A stretch of 64,000 nucleotides of DNA from Octopus vulgaris (GCA_951406725.2 OX597815.1:98704001-98768000), one strand, 5' to 3'. Shown: positions 1-15,110, counted from the first letter of the stretch. The notes: generated by a model not told the origin, from the letters alone. Translations and numbers: made by a program.

Positions 1-431
1 TTTAATAACAGAAAAAACACAAAGTCGTTGCAAAAGGAAATAAGAAATATTCAGGGAATTTAACTAAGTGTACGGATTAAAGTGAAATTTATGATGTTAC
101 TTCTGTCAGTAAGAAATTACTTTCATCAGTAATTGTGAATTTCTTTCTTAATTTGTCGTTGTTGTTTGTAAATAGCTATTGAAAATTTACAGTGAAAACA
201 ATACCGATTGAAGTGATAACAATAGCAAGTGAAGAACAATAGAGAATGAGAGAGATATAGAGAGAGGGAGAAAGAGAGACAGGTAGCTAGTTAGACAAAA
301 AGGTAGATATAGGTAGATAGATCAAATATAGACAGATAGCTACAGAGAGATAGATAGATATAGGGATAGAGATATAGATAAAGAGAGATAGAGATCGATA
401 GAGAGAGATTGGTAGAGAGACATAGAGAGAT

Positions 432-787
432 GTAGACGTCACGGACGCTAGGAAACCGGAATAAAATATTTTCATAAGCTTTCAAAGACGTGAATCTAAT
501 ATGAAAATCAATAGTTTATTTTTATTATGACCAATGGATGTAAGGGAGACAATCAGTCTCTGAAAGTTAATTCGCAAGTAGTTATCTCCTTTATCCACGT
601 AACCCAGGAACGGGTGTTGTCTGCTCCCAGGGACCCTGTACTCATTATTTGAAACATTTTAAGAGTCTAAAACCATCTCTGGAAAATAAGTAATGTATCT
701 TCCCAGTTTGGAGAAAAACAGTTGAAAAATACAGCCGTTATAAACTTTTACACACGCGCACACAGAGAACGGGATTTATATTATAGA
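432..787 (-). mobile_element. Degenerate non-autonomous Helitron-like element
   Basis: The minus strand starts A|TCTATAATATAAAT, then a TG-rich tract and ACGGCTGTATTTTTCAACTG, the same layout as the clearer element at 58157. It shares the subterminal motif (GATTGTCTCCCTTAC vs AGTTATTTCCCTTAC). The 3' hairpin and CTAG end are decayed. Confidence 0.45.
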
Positions 788-789
788 TA

Positions 790-1003
790 TTCAAAGGTAT
801 TCTAAAATTTTCCTGGCATTAAGGGTTTCTCGAGAGGCCAAGATGGAGGCCTACCTCAACGACTTTTTTAACAGGGCTTAGAGAAACTGAAGGACAACTG
901 CAACAATTGTGTAAATCTGAGAGAGGGCTATAATAAAATCATAATTAACAGATCCTCCTATATTTTCTTTTACCCAAAACTAGGAACTTTTCAGCACCCC
1001 TCA
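790..1003 (+). mobile_element. Mariner-derived MITE, copy 1 (decayed left TIR)
   Basis: Aligns along its length with 9841-10057. The right TIR is AGGAACTTTTCAGCACCCCTCA followed by TA. The internal frame reads GLEKLKDNCNNCVNLREGY, like a mariner transposase C-terminus. Confidence 0.75.
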
Positions 1004-2449
1004 TACATATATGTACGTAACACTGCATGCATGCATTTATGTATGTATGCATGCATGCATGTATGTATGCATGTATGTATGTATGTATGTATGTAAGTAT
1101 GTATGTATGCATGAACTTTCGATCTACTCATAGTGCTCTTCTCATGTAAGATAGCTTTTAGAACATGCCTGTAGTGCAATTCAGGTATAATGCATAATGC
1201 CTAAGCCGCAGATGTAGGAGCTTAGATGGCACTTTAAGATTGGAAGAAGGATAATAGTTGCATAGCACTTCAAATATTTTTTTATGGAAGTCAAATAAAA
1301 ACACTGACGAAAACGTACGGAATTTCTATACTCGTAACTCTCGAGGTTAAGTTCATAGATTCAAAGCATGAACTTTTAGTGAAAACTCTTTGATCGGGCG
1401 ATTTCTATTTCAACTAGCCAGCATTCTTAACTCTTTACACGAATTTATTTTCTCTCCAGCTCAGATTCTTTGGCAGCACAGACACTCGACATTCGTAAAC
1501 CGTATCATTCTGTGGTATGGTGCTGCTTCTAGAACAATGGCATGCCTATCAAGGGTTGCCATAGAACAAAATCAGGAAATAGTTTTCGCGTTGCGTATAT
1601 TTGTACGTTTCAACCCAAGGAATATTCATCGAACATTCCCATTCAAAATGTCTTAAATGTAAGAAAAACTTGTTTAGTAGATGTACCAAGAACATGAAAC
1701 GAAAATCACGTGGCTTTATAGTTCGACTATCTAGCTGATGTAAATATTTCGTTCAAAATCATAAAGGAAGAGAACTGAAAAAGCGATGAATACTTCGTAA
1801 TGTGTTGAAAGGTAAAAACACATTGGATGATATGCGTAGTCTTAGATATATTTGAAAACAACGAGATTATTTTTTATTACAGATCTCAGTAATATAAACC
1901 GAAATCGGATGCATAATCAACTGATTAGTATCCACAGTAACTCTGTGTAGGTTATAAATCAAAATATGTTGCAATGATCATTCTCACATTTGACAGTGTT
2001 AATAAATTGCGAAAATTTTAGATTTTCAAGCAAAGAAACGTATCAGTTAACATGTACTCAAAAACGTCAGTTTGTAAACAAAATAAATAAAAATAGTTTT
2101 TTAGAATTCAGATCATAAATTTTATTGTTGTTGCTGTTGTGTAAATTCCAGTATTGCAGCTTTGTTTCTTAGCTATAAACCAGTCCCTTCTTTATAGACA
2201 ATAAAATCAAAAAAATATATAAAAGAGTCATGTATACACACATAAAAGCACAGATATGCACACACATGCATTTTTATATACACGTTGATAATATTTACAT
2301 AAATTGGAAAAGTTTATCTTTAAAATTCGAAATGGTTAATGATCTGACTTGATTAGCAATTGAATTTATTCTAAATAGAGTAGATGCTGATTTCAACTGC
2401 GCCATTATCGGCAAGCGTACAGAAATACCTGCTTAAATGTGTCTACAAA

Positions 2450-2560
2450 TTAACACACACACATACACACACAGATGCATATAGAGTACTTAAATACGCA
2501 TGCATATACATATGTATATAAATATGTCTGTGTTTATATGTACATACATACAAATATATG

Positions 2561-2607
<47 letters not shown>

Positions 2608-3104
2608 GATTCTCATAGACACATATATATATATACACACACATACATATGTATATATATATATATATATATATATTATGTGTGTGTGTATGTATATATA
2701 TGTGTCTATGAGAATCTTTCATAATCGTGTATACACATTGCACTGTACCTCTAACAAACATTTAATTAGATATCTACTCTATAAACATGCAGATATTTAA
2801 AAGTGTGAGAAGAATGGTAATGGGATGTGGTGATGTAAGAATTTGTGTTTCACGGTTAGAACATAGATATAGCTAGAATCGTTAGTGTGTATATATGTCG
2901 GTGTCTATGTCTGCGTTTGTTCATAATTGCAAGCGCATACATACGCACACCTACATATAAATACATATACATATACATACACACACACACATATATATAT
3001 ATGTATGTATGTATATATATATATATATATGTATTTATAGTTATACGTTTAAATATATATATGTGTGTGTGCATATACACACACACACACCTATATATAA
3101 ATAA

Positions 3105-3135
<31 letters not shown>
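2450..3135. repeat. Compound (TA)n/(CA)n microsatellite field
   Basis: Seen directly. It is the source of the YI/HT-rich ORFs. Confidence 0.95.
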
Positions 3136-3628
3136 GTATGCGTAAGGGTGCGGTAATGGCGATTATCGTGAGATATTTGCAATATCACAGTGGAAAATTT
3201 AAATCAATGTGTAAATGATTACATAAATATATGAATAGATTGTCAAACCTTCAGCAAATTTTAATGAAATGAGGGACAAGAATAACACCACCTCTACCAA
3301 CAGCCTCGCTTCTAAAATAACGAAATAACAACTACACGTTAGGTATTACACTACCTTTTCTAGTAAATGCCGGGAGCCAAAAATTACGCAGGCGACAAGT
3401 GAATGTGTATACATAACATTTTGTGTGTGCGTGCGTGTGTTTGTCTGTGTGTGTGTGTGTGCGTGTGTTGTATTTTGTGTGATTATGTGCAAGGAAGTAG
3501 GAACAAAAATTGAAAAAATATTGAAAGTTAAAATTTAAAATAAACTATCAAACCAAACAAGAAATTAATATGAACAACAATAGCAGCATAACCACCACCT
3601 GACTAAAACGACGAGTACCACCGTCTTC

Positions 3629-3666
<38 letters not shown>

Positions 3667-3809
3667 ATACAACTAACATAGCATCAATATCAATAACTAC
3701 TTCATTACCATTTATAATCTGTTTGAGCTGAATCAGCCACAACAGCATCACGAAAATATAACTAACAAACAGCAAATACAACAACATTAAAAACAACGAA
3801 AACAGTTTT

Positions 3810-3841
<32 letters not shown>

Positions 3842-4348
3842 TTTACTACCACCACCCTCGCCGCTTACTATTACATCAGCAATATTTATTTGGTGAATAA
3901 AGAGTAGATGTATGAAATAAACTGCCTGCAGCAATGAAAAATACTGCCACGATTCAAGTCAAGACGTTAATATCACAGCAAGATGAAGATATTGGCATTA
4001 TCACATTTACATCGTCTTGGCAAGACAATCGGGACTTAGCTAAAATAAATCTACGTGTTATTGATTTTTTTGCATGTTTTTTGCGTTGTTTGTAATTTTT
4101 TTTTTAGGTAAGTTGTTGTGTATACAGAGTCTTCATTGTAAGAATGATAAAATGCCTGCACAGTCCCACCAACCCCAGAATAAACATAATTCGTAATGAA
4201 TTGACAATGCATTGATAGAATAAATGTGATGCGTGGCTTGAATTTTTCAAAAATTTCCTCAACATGCTTAACTTTTAATGAGTTATTCTATTTTATAACA
4301 TATATGTGTGAGTATATGAGTGTGTCTGTGTGTATGTACATGTATATA

Positions 4349-4400
<52 letters not shown>

Positions 4401-4409
4401 ATTACACAT

Positions 4410-4620
4410 AAAATAAGAAATGTTAGCTGGGTGTTGTTAGGGTCGTTGTGTAGACCCAAGTCTGCAGTGATCCTTTTGACCGATAATGAAAGGCATTCCA
4501 GCAGTGGTCATACCGTGTTTTTATTCAGGCCTAATATGTCTTGGAATATATTATTTGATGTCTTCTTTTTCAAAAAGAACAAGATGGTAGGGCGTGATTT
4601 AGGCAGTTGACTGGTAAGGA
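4410..4620 (-). repeat. Degenerate interspersed repeat (related pieces at ~1705-1950, 9200-9420, 43925-44030, 44650-44810, 49620-49810)
   Basis: Shared motifs such as (C/G)AAAGGCATTCCA...CCGT(C/G)TTT and AAATA(A/G)CAG(C/A)CA occur among the pieces. They are highly diverged. Confidence 0.35.
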
Positions 4621-7600
4621 CGTTCCAGTTTAAGATCTGCTTTTCAGCAATCATTTTGGACCAATTTATTCTAAACTAAAATGTCACTGAGGTCAACTTT
4701 GTATTTTCATCCTTTTGTAATCTATAAAGTACCTGTGCTTTTCTGAGATCTTTCTCAGTCTTTCTGTCAGTTTGCCTGTCTTTCTTTCTTTTGGCAGAAA
4801 TTGGCCGAGATCAAATCTGGAGAGAGATGAAATCCGCCAGGTCTAAAGATGACTGAAAGACGTTGTATATATCACTGCGATCCTACTACGAATCGAGGAC
4901 ATGGCGCAAGGTAACGAAAGAATAAGATTTAAGAGTTTGGGACTGTCTTCTGTTACAAGTTCAGTCATTGCATAAAGATGCGCTTTTTGACACAGTAGTT
5001 ATAAGAAGGTAAAATTCATTCACGCATGACAAGTATACCGCGTATACGTATATACATAGAGAGAGATTCACTGTCATATTTTAATTAGAAAATTATCTAC
5101 GATGCAAGAAAACCAGGGTACCACTATATTATCTTCACCTGTTCATAAATTATATATTCTTTAATATTGTATTTAAATTAGTGCTGAATCTGCAAAAGTA
5201 TTCTTAAAGCAATTATTTTTAATACGTTCTATGTATCAAGCAAAAATATACTTAGATACCTGGATTGTGAGTGAGCACTGATAAGCTCCAGCTACTTTTG
5301 AAGAATTCTTCAAACAAAAAAGTATACTTTTGAATGTTTCTTTCTATGATTCTGTAAGCGCGTTACACGTGTTACAGTGTTGATCTTTGTTTTCACTGTC
5401 ACGCCTCACGTTTCCAAAAGTTGCTTTGTTTATCCTATTTACAGTTATTCGAATATCCATGATAGTTGCTTTTATTGATTTAGAACATTGGAATATATCT
5501 TTTTTTTTTCTTTTTTAGTTACTCATATCTTTAATCTACGAAATGTAAACTTCCCCCTAGTACACTCAGATCCCTGTACAAAGTGTATTATACAAATATC
5601 GGAGAAAAGTAAGGTCTCGGCGTACGTATATATAACTTATTCTGTACAAATGCAGTTAAAACATATAACATATTTAGGAAAGAATGCGACTCAATAGGAA
5701 ATCTGAAAAATATTCTTGTGATTTGAATAGTTAAAGTTTAAATATATAATAATTAGCTAATTTGCATTTGAACTAGATACTAAGCTGGTCCTGGTTGCGA
5801 AAGTTCATCTTAACAAAAACAAATATCAAGCTGTCAAATCAGTATCCAGCTTACAAATATTAATTAATGAAACTTAGATGTATTTCCAGGAACTTTACTT
5901 TTGCAGATGAAGTTTCTGCAGAAAATTTTATTTTCAAAATTTTGAGTTACAAAACAAAATGATTCACACATTTTATTTGTTAAAAAAGTTGTAAAAGTAA
6001 AAAGTGTTGTACGTAACATTTTGCTATTTCATTTTATTTTTATTTTATTTTTTTTGTTCTTTTTTTTCATTTTTGACAGTTTACCAATAATGAAAATAGT
6101 GGTTTATTATCTTTGTAGTGGCCGCTGCAATAAAAAGCGAAACTTAAGTTTCTTCCCAAGACGTGTTATCGAGGATGTAGACAAAACCAAAGGAGAGAAA
6201 GTTTCCGTATGTTGTCATCCAGCTGTCGATAAATGGTCTAAGAAACAATCATTGAGTTTTATTTACTTTACCACATAAACTTCCTTTGTTTTAATTATTA
6301 CATCTACTTCAGTCACTCATTGCCAATACCGACATAATTTTCCCGTCATCTTTCTATCTAATCCATTATTCTTGGCCTCCGTCGTTGTTTGCACCAATAA
6401 TGTTCCTCACCAGATGCAGATCAGTGTAAGTTGTTTTGCTTGTTCTTTTTTCTTACATATATAAAAAAAGAAGCAAATAAGTAATTATTTAGTTTTCTCT
6501 CACTACGCTGCCGATGTTCTCCAACAGAAATTTGCTAGAATAGTACAACTTAGTTAAATAAAAATGCTTTCTTCGCTAACTCAGGACGTAAAGATCAGGC
6601 AACAGTACTTAAAAACGGATTTCGTCCGACGTACTCAAAATTCCGCCAACCCAGAGTCTTATGAAAATATTCTATTGACCCTGGAATGATAAAAAGGTAA
6701 ATGAAACCTCGAAAGAGTTTGTAAGCAGAGTATAAAAGAGCAAAGATTTATCTCCGACCCACTAACGATTCTGTCTGTCCATCCCCTTCTATTAATTTCT
6801 CATTCCTCAGCAAGTAAAATGTTTCTAATTTTTTCCTTTACTACATCTAGTTTTGAAATAAACAGCTCCATTTCCGTAGGATTTTACTAATGAAGCAAGG
6901 AAAGAAAATGCTATGCAAATATGAACCAAACAAACACAAACGCGCGCTCGCTGAAAGACATGCAAGTATAAATTGTCATATGCTAATGCAACGAGTACAC
7001 AGACAGAAACTTAGAAACAAACACACAGATGTACAGACACGCATAAAAACAAATAAAGACAATAAATAAAATTGAATACAAAACATTGCTCAAATACTCT
7101 CTTCCGCCACAAATCATTTAGAAATTGTTATTTTGCCAAAATTCATAAAAGTTGTATTATTTAATACTTGCTACTTGTCTAGAATCTTCTCTTCTATTTT
7201 TATTTTCATCTTACCAAGCTCAAGGCGTTATTTTGTTTTAAGCTGGGATAAAACGCTAATTGATTGAATTTTTATGTTCATGTATGTACGTATGTATGTC
7301 CTTATTTGTCGATTTATGTATGGGTATATGAGTATATGCATAAATGCAAGCATGCGTGCGTGTGTCTGTATTTTCGTACGTATGAATTAATGTACACATT
7401 CACGCATACACAAGTATACATACGTATACGAACACACAATTATACACATACGCAGAAACATATATCATGTATATACAATCACACAGAGTTATTATTAGCT
7501 GTATATGCCATTGACGTGTTACAAGTTTCAGCATACTATGGCTCTTCGGGTAGTATTCCGTATTCTTTCTTCATATATTGCTGGCTGTAAAAGAATGTTG

Positions 7601-8578
7601 GCAAAATGTTTATTATTTGGGACAAAAATTTGGGACATGGATTTACATTGGTCTTTAATTTTTGTGATATTATTTTTTATTCTTGTGTTCTTGAGAACGC
7701 TTGGTTTGTGCGTGTGAATCTACGTGTTTATTGAATCATCTTCATGTATGTGTTTGCCTTTTCGCTTAATCTGTTTGATGTGTATATGATACGTCAAAGG
7801 ATCAGCGTATTTATGTGCGCATGACTGTCTGTGTCTGTGTGTTTCCGCTTATGTTTGACTACCTATCTGTTGAGATGTATGCGCTTGGGATTTAATGTGT
7901 AATGGGACAGCGTAGGATATGTTTCTATTTGCACTATTAAAGTAAAGACAATTGCCTTACCCTACTTTTGTAAACAAACAATTTGGTGGATAGTTGGAAT
8001 ACTGTGGTCATTATTATTATCTTAAATTAATACATTTGGCAAGCACGTAAAATTATATACGTAAAACAGCAGTCTAACATTAAGACATGCAAAATGTCGT
8101 TTGAAACGAAAAGTGAAATTGAAATAGATTTTGTATTTCTCCTCTTAGATAATTTCTATCCATGTGATGGCATAAAGCATTTAGAAATGTGTGTTAGTTC
8201 CATTTTGTGTTGTTTTAAGTTCGATAGCCGTTCAGCAGTACAAAGGCTACAGAAAGCATGTGAGCGTTTATAAATTGAGATTTTATCAATGTGTTATATA
8301 TTGTTACACTTTAGATGAATAAATAAAAAAACAGAAGTGTTACAAATTTTTTGTCAATAATTTATATCTAGAATATTGCAAGAGATAAATATTGTCTTAT
8401 ACGATTTGCACTTGGAATTCATTTTCTATAAACGAAACATAATGATTAATTAATTACAAGTTCATGAGTAACTTGTCAGAAGTAACATTAGATTTAGTTA
8501 AGATACTGACACTAAAATGAATAGAGAATATGACGAGTGCATGTTCACCACTGTTGATAGTATAACATATCTTATAAG

Positions 8579-8637
8579 CGTTAACCCTTATTATTAAACG
8601 TTAACCCTTATTATTAAACGTTAACCCTTATTAAACG
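8579..8637. repeat. Three tandem copies of a 20-mer (TTAACCCTTATTATTAAACG)
   Basis: Seen directly; the third copy is shorter. Confidence 0.9.
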
Positions 8638-8703
8638 GCAGAAGGTGCTGCAGAAAATCAGAAACAGACACCACACGCATGCGATGCTGTAACCGTTATA
8701 TAA

Positions 8704-9061
8704 AAAGGTAAAAACATAGTAAAGATCCCCTTCGATCATGAATGACCATGGGACTGCACCAAGAAAGTTCCCCTCCACGGCACAAAGCCGTGCAAGGTTG
8801 TTTTGTGGAACACCAGTAGTTGGCCCATTCACACCAGTCTGCCTTCTTCACTCTACCGATTTTGTCCAAGGGAAAGGCAAAGGCTGAAAACAACATGGCA
8901 CCATTGACGTTACGACTCATTTCTACAGATGAATGAACTGTATCAACGTGAAATAAAGCGTCTTGCTCAAGAAGAGCACAACAGATAGCCCGATCCGAGA
9001 ATCGAACTCAGAACCTCACATTTATAAGTCCGATGCTCTAACCACTGAGCCATGTACTTTC
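8704..9061 (-). mobile_element. tRNA-derived SINE, CORE-like body, tail B
   Basis: The reverse complement has an A box (TGGCTCAGTGG) and B box (GAGTTCGATTC). It then has CTTGAGCAAGACGCTTTATTTCACG and the same tail as 18685 and 41669. Confidence 0.85.
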
Positions 9062-9840
9062 GCTATATAATTTCAATACATTTGCACATAACATGCAATG
9101 TTCGGTTTAAACTATTATTATTAACACTAAACGTAAATTCAGTTACCTGTGTTGTTGCTAAGTTAAAATCGTGGAAATTATAGACAGGAAGTAAAATTTG
9201 CTTGGTAGAACATCATAGCCGGTTCGTCTACCTAGCCTAGGGATACATTTGCAAGCGGCATCTTCTACGTAGTCAATTCACCTGCTTGCAATTTTAACCA
9301 ATGTTTGAATTACTCCTTGCCATCTTCAGAAGACGGAGACTTAAGGTGGTCCTAAATAAGCAATTCCCGGGTAAAACAAGGCATATTTAAGAGTGAAAGC
9401 TTCTTTGATCAGTAAGGTTAAACAACAGTAACAACGACGACGACAACAACAACGAGGACGACGATGACAGCTACAACAACATTAATAACAGCGACAGAAG
9501 CAATAGCAACAAAAATCCCTTTTGCTTTGCTCATTGAAAGACACTATAAGGGGCATGACGATAATGTAGTCATCGATTTGAATGAAATTTACCTTAACTA
9601 TGGAGTGTAGGACATCGACATGAATTAAAGGGGATATATTGATGAAAATCGAGATGAAACTGGTGATAAAGGTTAGGATGACTTGGAGGGAGGTTTACTA
9701 TTGATGATGATGATGAGGAGGAGGAGGAGGAGGAGGATGATGGCCATGGCGATGCTGGTGGTTGTAGACGATAACTCCGGAAATCTTGAAATTTCAAAGA
9801 CATGTTATATTCGTCCCTGGTACACAGAGACACATACATA

Positions 9841-10057
9841 CGACGGGGTGCTGAAAAGTTCATGGTTTTAAGGGTATCGCGAAAGGCCTGACTGGAGGCC
9901 CAACCCGCCGAGTTATTTTATAGGGTTTAGAAAAATTGAAGAATCTCTGCAATAAATGTGTGAATCTGAGAGGAGAATGTGTTGAATAAAATCATAATTA
10001 ACTGATCCTCCTGTATATTCTTTTATTGAAAACCAGGATCTTTTCAGCACCCCATTG
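9841..10057 (+). mobile_element. Mariner-derived MITE, copy 2
   Basis: TA|CGACGGGGTGCTGAAAAGTTCATGGTTT ... AAACCAGGATCTTTTCAGCACCCCATTG|TA gives ~28-bp TIRs with a TA TSD. The interior reads GLEKLKNLCNKCVNLRGECVE*, a mariner C-terminus. Confidence 0.9.
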
Positions 10058-10195
10058 TATTGTTACCTTTATGTACAGCACACCCTCCCTAATAGTCACC
10101 TTCTTTAATGACCTAAACAATACAAACATTATCATCAGCAACACTATCACTTATATATATACACTACCATCTGCTTTGGCACCAGCTATAACTAC

Positions 10196-10524
10196 TAATA
10201 AATGACACACCGTAGGTTACGACGACGAGGGTTCCAGTTGATCCGATCAACGGAACAGCCAGCTCATGAAATAAATCTGCAAGTTGGTGAGCACTCCACA
10301 GACACGCATACCCTTAACGTAGTTCTCAAGGAGATTCAGCGTGACACAGAATTTGACAAAGCTGGTCTTTTGAAATACAGGTACATCTCATTATTTCCAG
10401 CTCAGTGGACTGGAGCAATGTGAAATAAAGTGTCGTGTAAAAGAACACAATGCACCGCCACGAATCGAACCCATGATCTTACGGTCGCGAACTGAATATC
10501 CTAACCCCTAAGCCATGCACCTAC
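10196..10524 (-). mobile_element. tRNA-derived SINE, CORE-like body, tail C
   Basis: A and B boxes lie on the minus strand and the tail is shared with 43539-43892. An 11-bp TSD, GCTATAACTAC, is at 10185 and 10525. Confidence 0.85.
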
Positions 10525-10531
10525 GCTATAA

Positions 10532-10576
<45 letters not shown>

Positions 10577-11259
10577 ATAATAATAATAATAATAATAACA
10601 ACAACAACAACCACAAAAACAATAATAATACCTAGATATAATGCAGCTACCATCACCTGCACTTTACACAAACTAGCACCTAAAATTTACTACATACTAT
10701 TAACACCAATACCAAACACATACCACTATCCATACATCCCTAACCTCCAACACCATGACCACAAATATTACTATTATTTCTACTACTGCTACAACTGCCG
10801 CCACCACCACCACCGCAGCCATCACCAGCATCCCCAACACTACTACTTATTTACTTGCCACGAAAACTAAAGTTTACACCATTTTACATAAGCCATTTTC
10901 CTTAACAACACGATGTGTAAATAGATAAACAAATCTGTAACACATCTAGAATTTTCATCTAACAGCTCATAATTTATCGATTAGATTAATTTCAACTAAG
11001 CTGATATTTCACAGGTAAATTGAACAGAGAACGTAAGAAGCAGAATAACAGGTAGACTTGTATTATTTACCTGTTAGATACAGTGTTAATGAGATTCTGT
11101 CCGCCGATAATGACCCTCCATATATTGGAAATTAACGTATTCTCTGCACAACGAACACCAAAGAATGGTTAATGATATTTATTTGTTGTATTTGTTCTGT
11201 TTGCTCTGCTCTGTGAGAATACATTTACGAATATACGTGTGAATTCATAAAATTTATAT

Positions 11260-11375
11260 TCATATATACATGCATACACACACACATATATGTATATATG
11301 TATGTTCATATATATACATACATATATATATATATATCTATTATATACACATATATATAATGAGATATATTTGTA

Positions 11376-11412
<37 letters not shown>

Positions 11413-11451
11413 GTAAATGTATATCTGTTTATATGTATGTATGAATCTATC

Positions 11452-11502
<51 letters not shown>

Positions 11503-11702
11503 TGTATATGTAAGTATGTGTATGATATATACAGATATAAGTATGTATGCGTTTATATATGTATGAATATGCGTTAATCTACGAGACGATATCTACGCGT
11601 ACGTTTATATGTAAGGGCGCATATGTGTTTGTGTATTTATATTCATACATTTATGTAAATGCTTAGGCAAATATACATACACAAACAAACACGTACAGAA
11701 AT

Positions 11703-11779
<77 letters not shown>

Positions 11780-12360
11780 TACATACATATACATGTCAGT
11801 ATGCAGATATACTCATAGACATTTATATATATATATATATATGTATATATAAACATATGTATTTGAGAACATATATTAGAACGTTTATATGCATATATAG
11901 GCATTTCATTAATATGTGTGTACTCAATTACTCATCTCTGTATATGTGCGTACGTGTTCGTGTGTATTCGTATGTACGTATGTGTACGTATGCATTTTAT
12001 ATAAGCGTTCTTGTATATACATATGAGCAATTCGAAAAAATGCATATAACTGAGACATTTTGTTTCTATATATATTTACATATGTTTGTATGCTTGTGAG
12101 GCAATATTTGTAATTAGATACGTACAAATGCGTCGAGGTGTTTGAGTTTGTGTGTGTGTGTGCGTGTGTTTGTGTAATGTGTATGTGTGTATTATGTGTG
12201 TGTCTAATGTGTGTGTGTGTCGAGGGGCGGTAATACATATAACTAAGGATGTATTTACTAATATAGTTAACGCTATCAATCTATCAGTGTTTCTAACACG
12301 TGCATAAATAATGAATACACACATACATACACATATATAACTGTAGATATATATACATAC

Positions 12361-12426
<66 letters not shown>

Positions 12427-12568
12427 GTATATGTAAATATTTATATATATCATACATATATATAGATAAATATATATACATATATATATAAACACACATA
12501 TATGTATGTACATATATATATATATACTTATGTATATATATATATATATATGTATACATATATGTGTG

Positions 12569-12601
<33 letters not shown>

Positions 12602-12620
12602 GTATATATATATATGTATG

Positions 12621-12652
<32 letters not shown>

Positions 12653-12722
12653 CACATACATACATATTTATATATATATGTATGTATGTATGTATGTATT
12701 TCGCTACACATACAAACTTACG

Positions 12723-12772
<50 letters not shown>

Positions 12773-12900
12773 TATAAGAATGCGTTCATATTTCACGCTC
12801 TATCTTTGCAATTTATATTCGCGAATGTATATGTGTATTTTTATGCCTATGTGCATGAGTGAATGGCGATATGTATGTATATATTTGTGCACGGAAATGT
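11260..12900. repeat. Large (TA)n/(TG)n/(TATG)n microsatellite field
   Basis: Seen directly. Confidence 0.95.
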
Positions 12901-13698
12901 AAGTATTTCTGTAGTTGTACCTATACGTAAGTGTGTATATTTGCACGTACAATTATGTGTATATATTACGATTATGTGTATATATTACGATTTATTGACG
13001 ACATATTATTACTAATACAGAAATACAGAAATATATATACATATTCTTCATATATGTAATTCTTATATAGCAAACATATGAACATCAATGATTTCGATTA
13101 AATATCACTAATTTACGCAAATAATTTGGAACACGCCTCTCTGAAAGGCTATAGACAACATATACACATACAACTTCAAACATAAGAAAACATTCCATAG
13201 TATAGCTACGCACATGCAAGTATGCACACATAGTTTATATTCATATATTTGGAAAGGCTAACTTGACACAGAAATCTACATACTTACATACACGAAGACA
13301 GACATAAACACACACACATGCGCACGCGCACACAATCACACACGGAGGAGCTTTCGCATATATTTATATATATATAAAAAAACAATAATAATAACGGAAA
13401 TTACAAAATGATGTTCATTACCTCATAAACCTACATCGTATTATACAGACATCTAATAAGATGTATGGAAAATTTGTGAATATTCAATTCAAAAACAAAC
13501 ATACCCACCTATACATATATACATACATTACGTACGTAAGTAGTACATACATACATACATGTGTAATATAGTAAGATATATATGTGTGTATAATCTATCT
13601 ATCTATCTATCTAACTATCTACCTATCGATCTCCATACCTATAATATCAATAACAGTTTGACTCTCTTACGATAAATTTTGGGGGAGCCACATGACGC

Positions 13699-13746
13699 AT
13701 CCATCTGATGAGATGGGAGGTTTCTTCGTATCACGAAACTTGGAAG
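13699..13746 (+). ncRNA. Degenerate hammerhead ribozyme-like motif
   Basis: ATCCAT-CTGATGA-GATGGGAGG(TTT)CTTCGTATC-AC-GAAAC-TTGGA. Both core boxes flank a hairpin, but the base of stem II and the cleavage triplet are imperfect. Confidence 0.45.
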
Positions 13747-14339
13747 CATATGATGTGGTGAGTGCCACTTTCTTTATTTTGTCTCACTCACTTTATATAT
13801 GCACACATGTAAACATATTATACGTTAAAATACATCATTCATCCACGATTTTGGCTGCGAAAAGATCGTCATCTAATGGACATCAGCTGGTGAAATAAAT
13901 ATATTCAACTCATACCTCCTAACATTATGTTATGTGTGTGTGTGTGTGTGTGTGTGCATGTGCGTGTATTTATATTTATAACTGTGTTGTACATGTATAT
14001 ATGTACGGGTGTTCATGTGTGTAAGTGTGATTGCAGTTGGAATATAGCCAAACGGTTAAGAAAGCAGTGGTTGTTTTTTTTTTGGCATGGCCTGTGATCA
14101 ATTGACCTGAACGAAATGTGTGAGAGAAAACAGTGATTATGTGTACAAGCCCGTCACATTAATTGTAATAGTAATTCAAATGTAACGGTCTTATCACACT
14201 GTGTATCAAACTGGTTCTGCCTGAGAAGTACGTTATGGATGCATCTGTCTATGAAAGACCTACCTATGTACACGTTAATTTAGGAGCAGGTAATACAAAT
14301 GAACAATCAGTATCGAAAGACGGATATCCCCACTCATAT

Positions 14340-14507
14340 ATGTGTGTGTGTGTGTAAGTATGTATATATGTCTCTATATATATGCAGGTATATGTATATG
14401 TATATATACATATCTATATATCTATTTACCTCTGTATACATACATGTATATATATGTATATATGTATATGTATACGTATATATATATATATATATATATA
14501 TATTTTA

Positions 14508-14553
<46 letters not shown>

Positions 14554-14568
14554 GTATATATATGCATG

Positions 14569-14612
<44 letters not shown>

Positions 14613-15048
14613 TACATATATGCATATATATGTATTATGTATATATGTGTATATGTATGTATATATTTATATATATGTGGGGTGCGTGCATGTGTATGTG
14701 TGTGTGTAGGCATTGTATGTGTGCCTCTATGCGCGGGTGTGTACCTGGATTCCAAAAGATAGGTAGGTGAAAGTCAAAAATTACATTATAGATTTCTATC
14801 ACCATCTTGGAAAGAAAACTAAAATTTGTTTGCATTTAAATGCAACTGTATTTAGATGCTCACACATATGCACTTAATTGCACTCCATTTATCAGAATTG
14901 ATTTTTCGCTCTTCAAACATTGCAGCTATAATCATCAATCTCACGTTTGCCTAATATAGTGCTAGCTATATTATTTAAATAATACCTATATATCAAACAT
15001 ATATATGTGTGTGTGCGTTTGTGTGCGTGTGTGTGCTTTATGTGTGTG

Positions 15049-15087
<39 letters not shown>

Positions 15088-15110
15088 AATGAGAGTGGAG
15101 AGATACAAGT

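Noticed and set aside
8579-8637. CRISPR-like or telomeric array
   Set aside because: It is a simple 20-mer tandem repeat without spacers, and there is no TTAGGG array.
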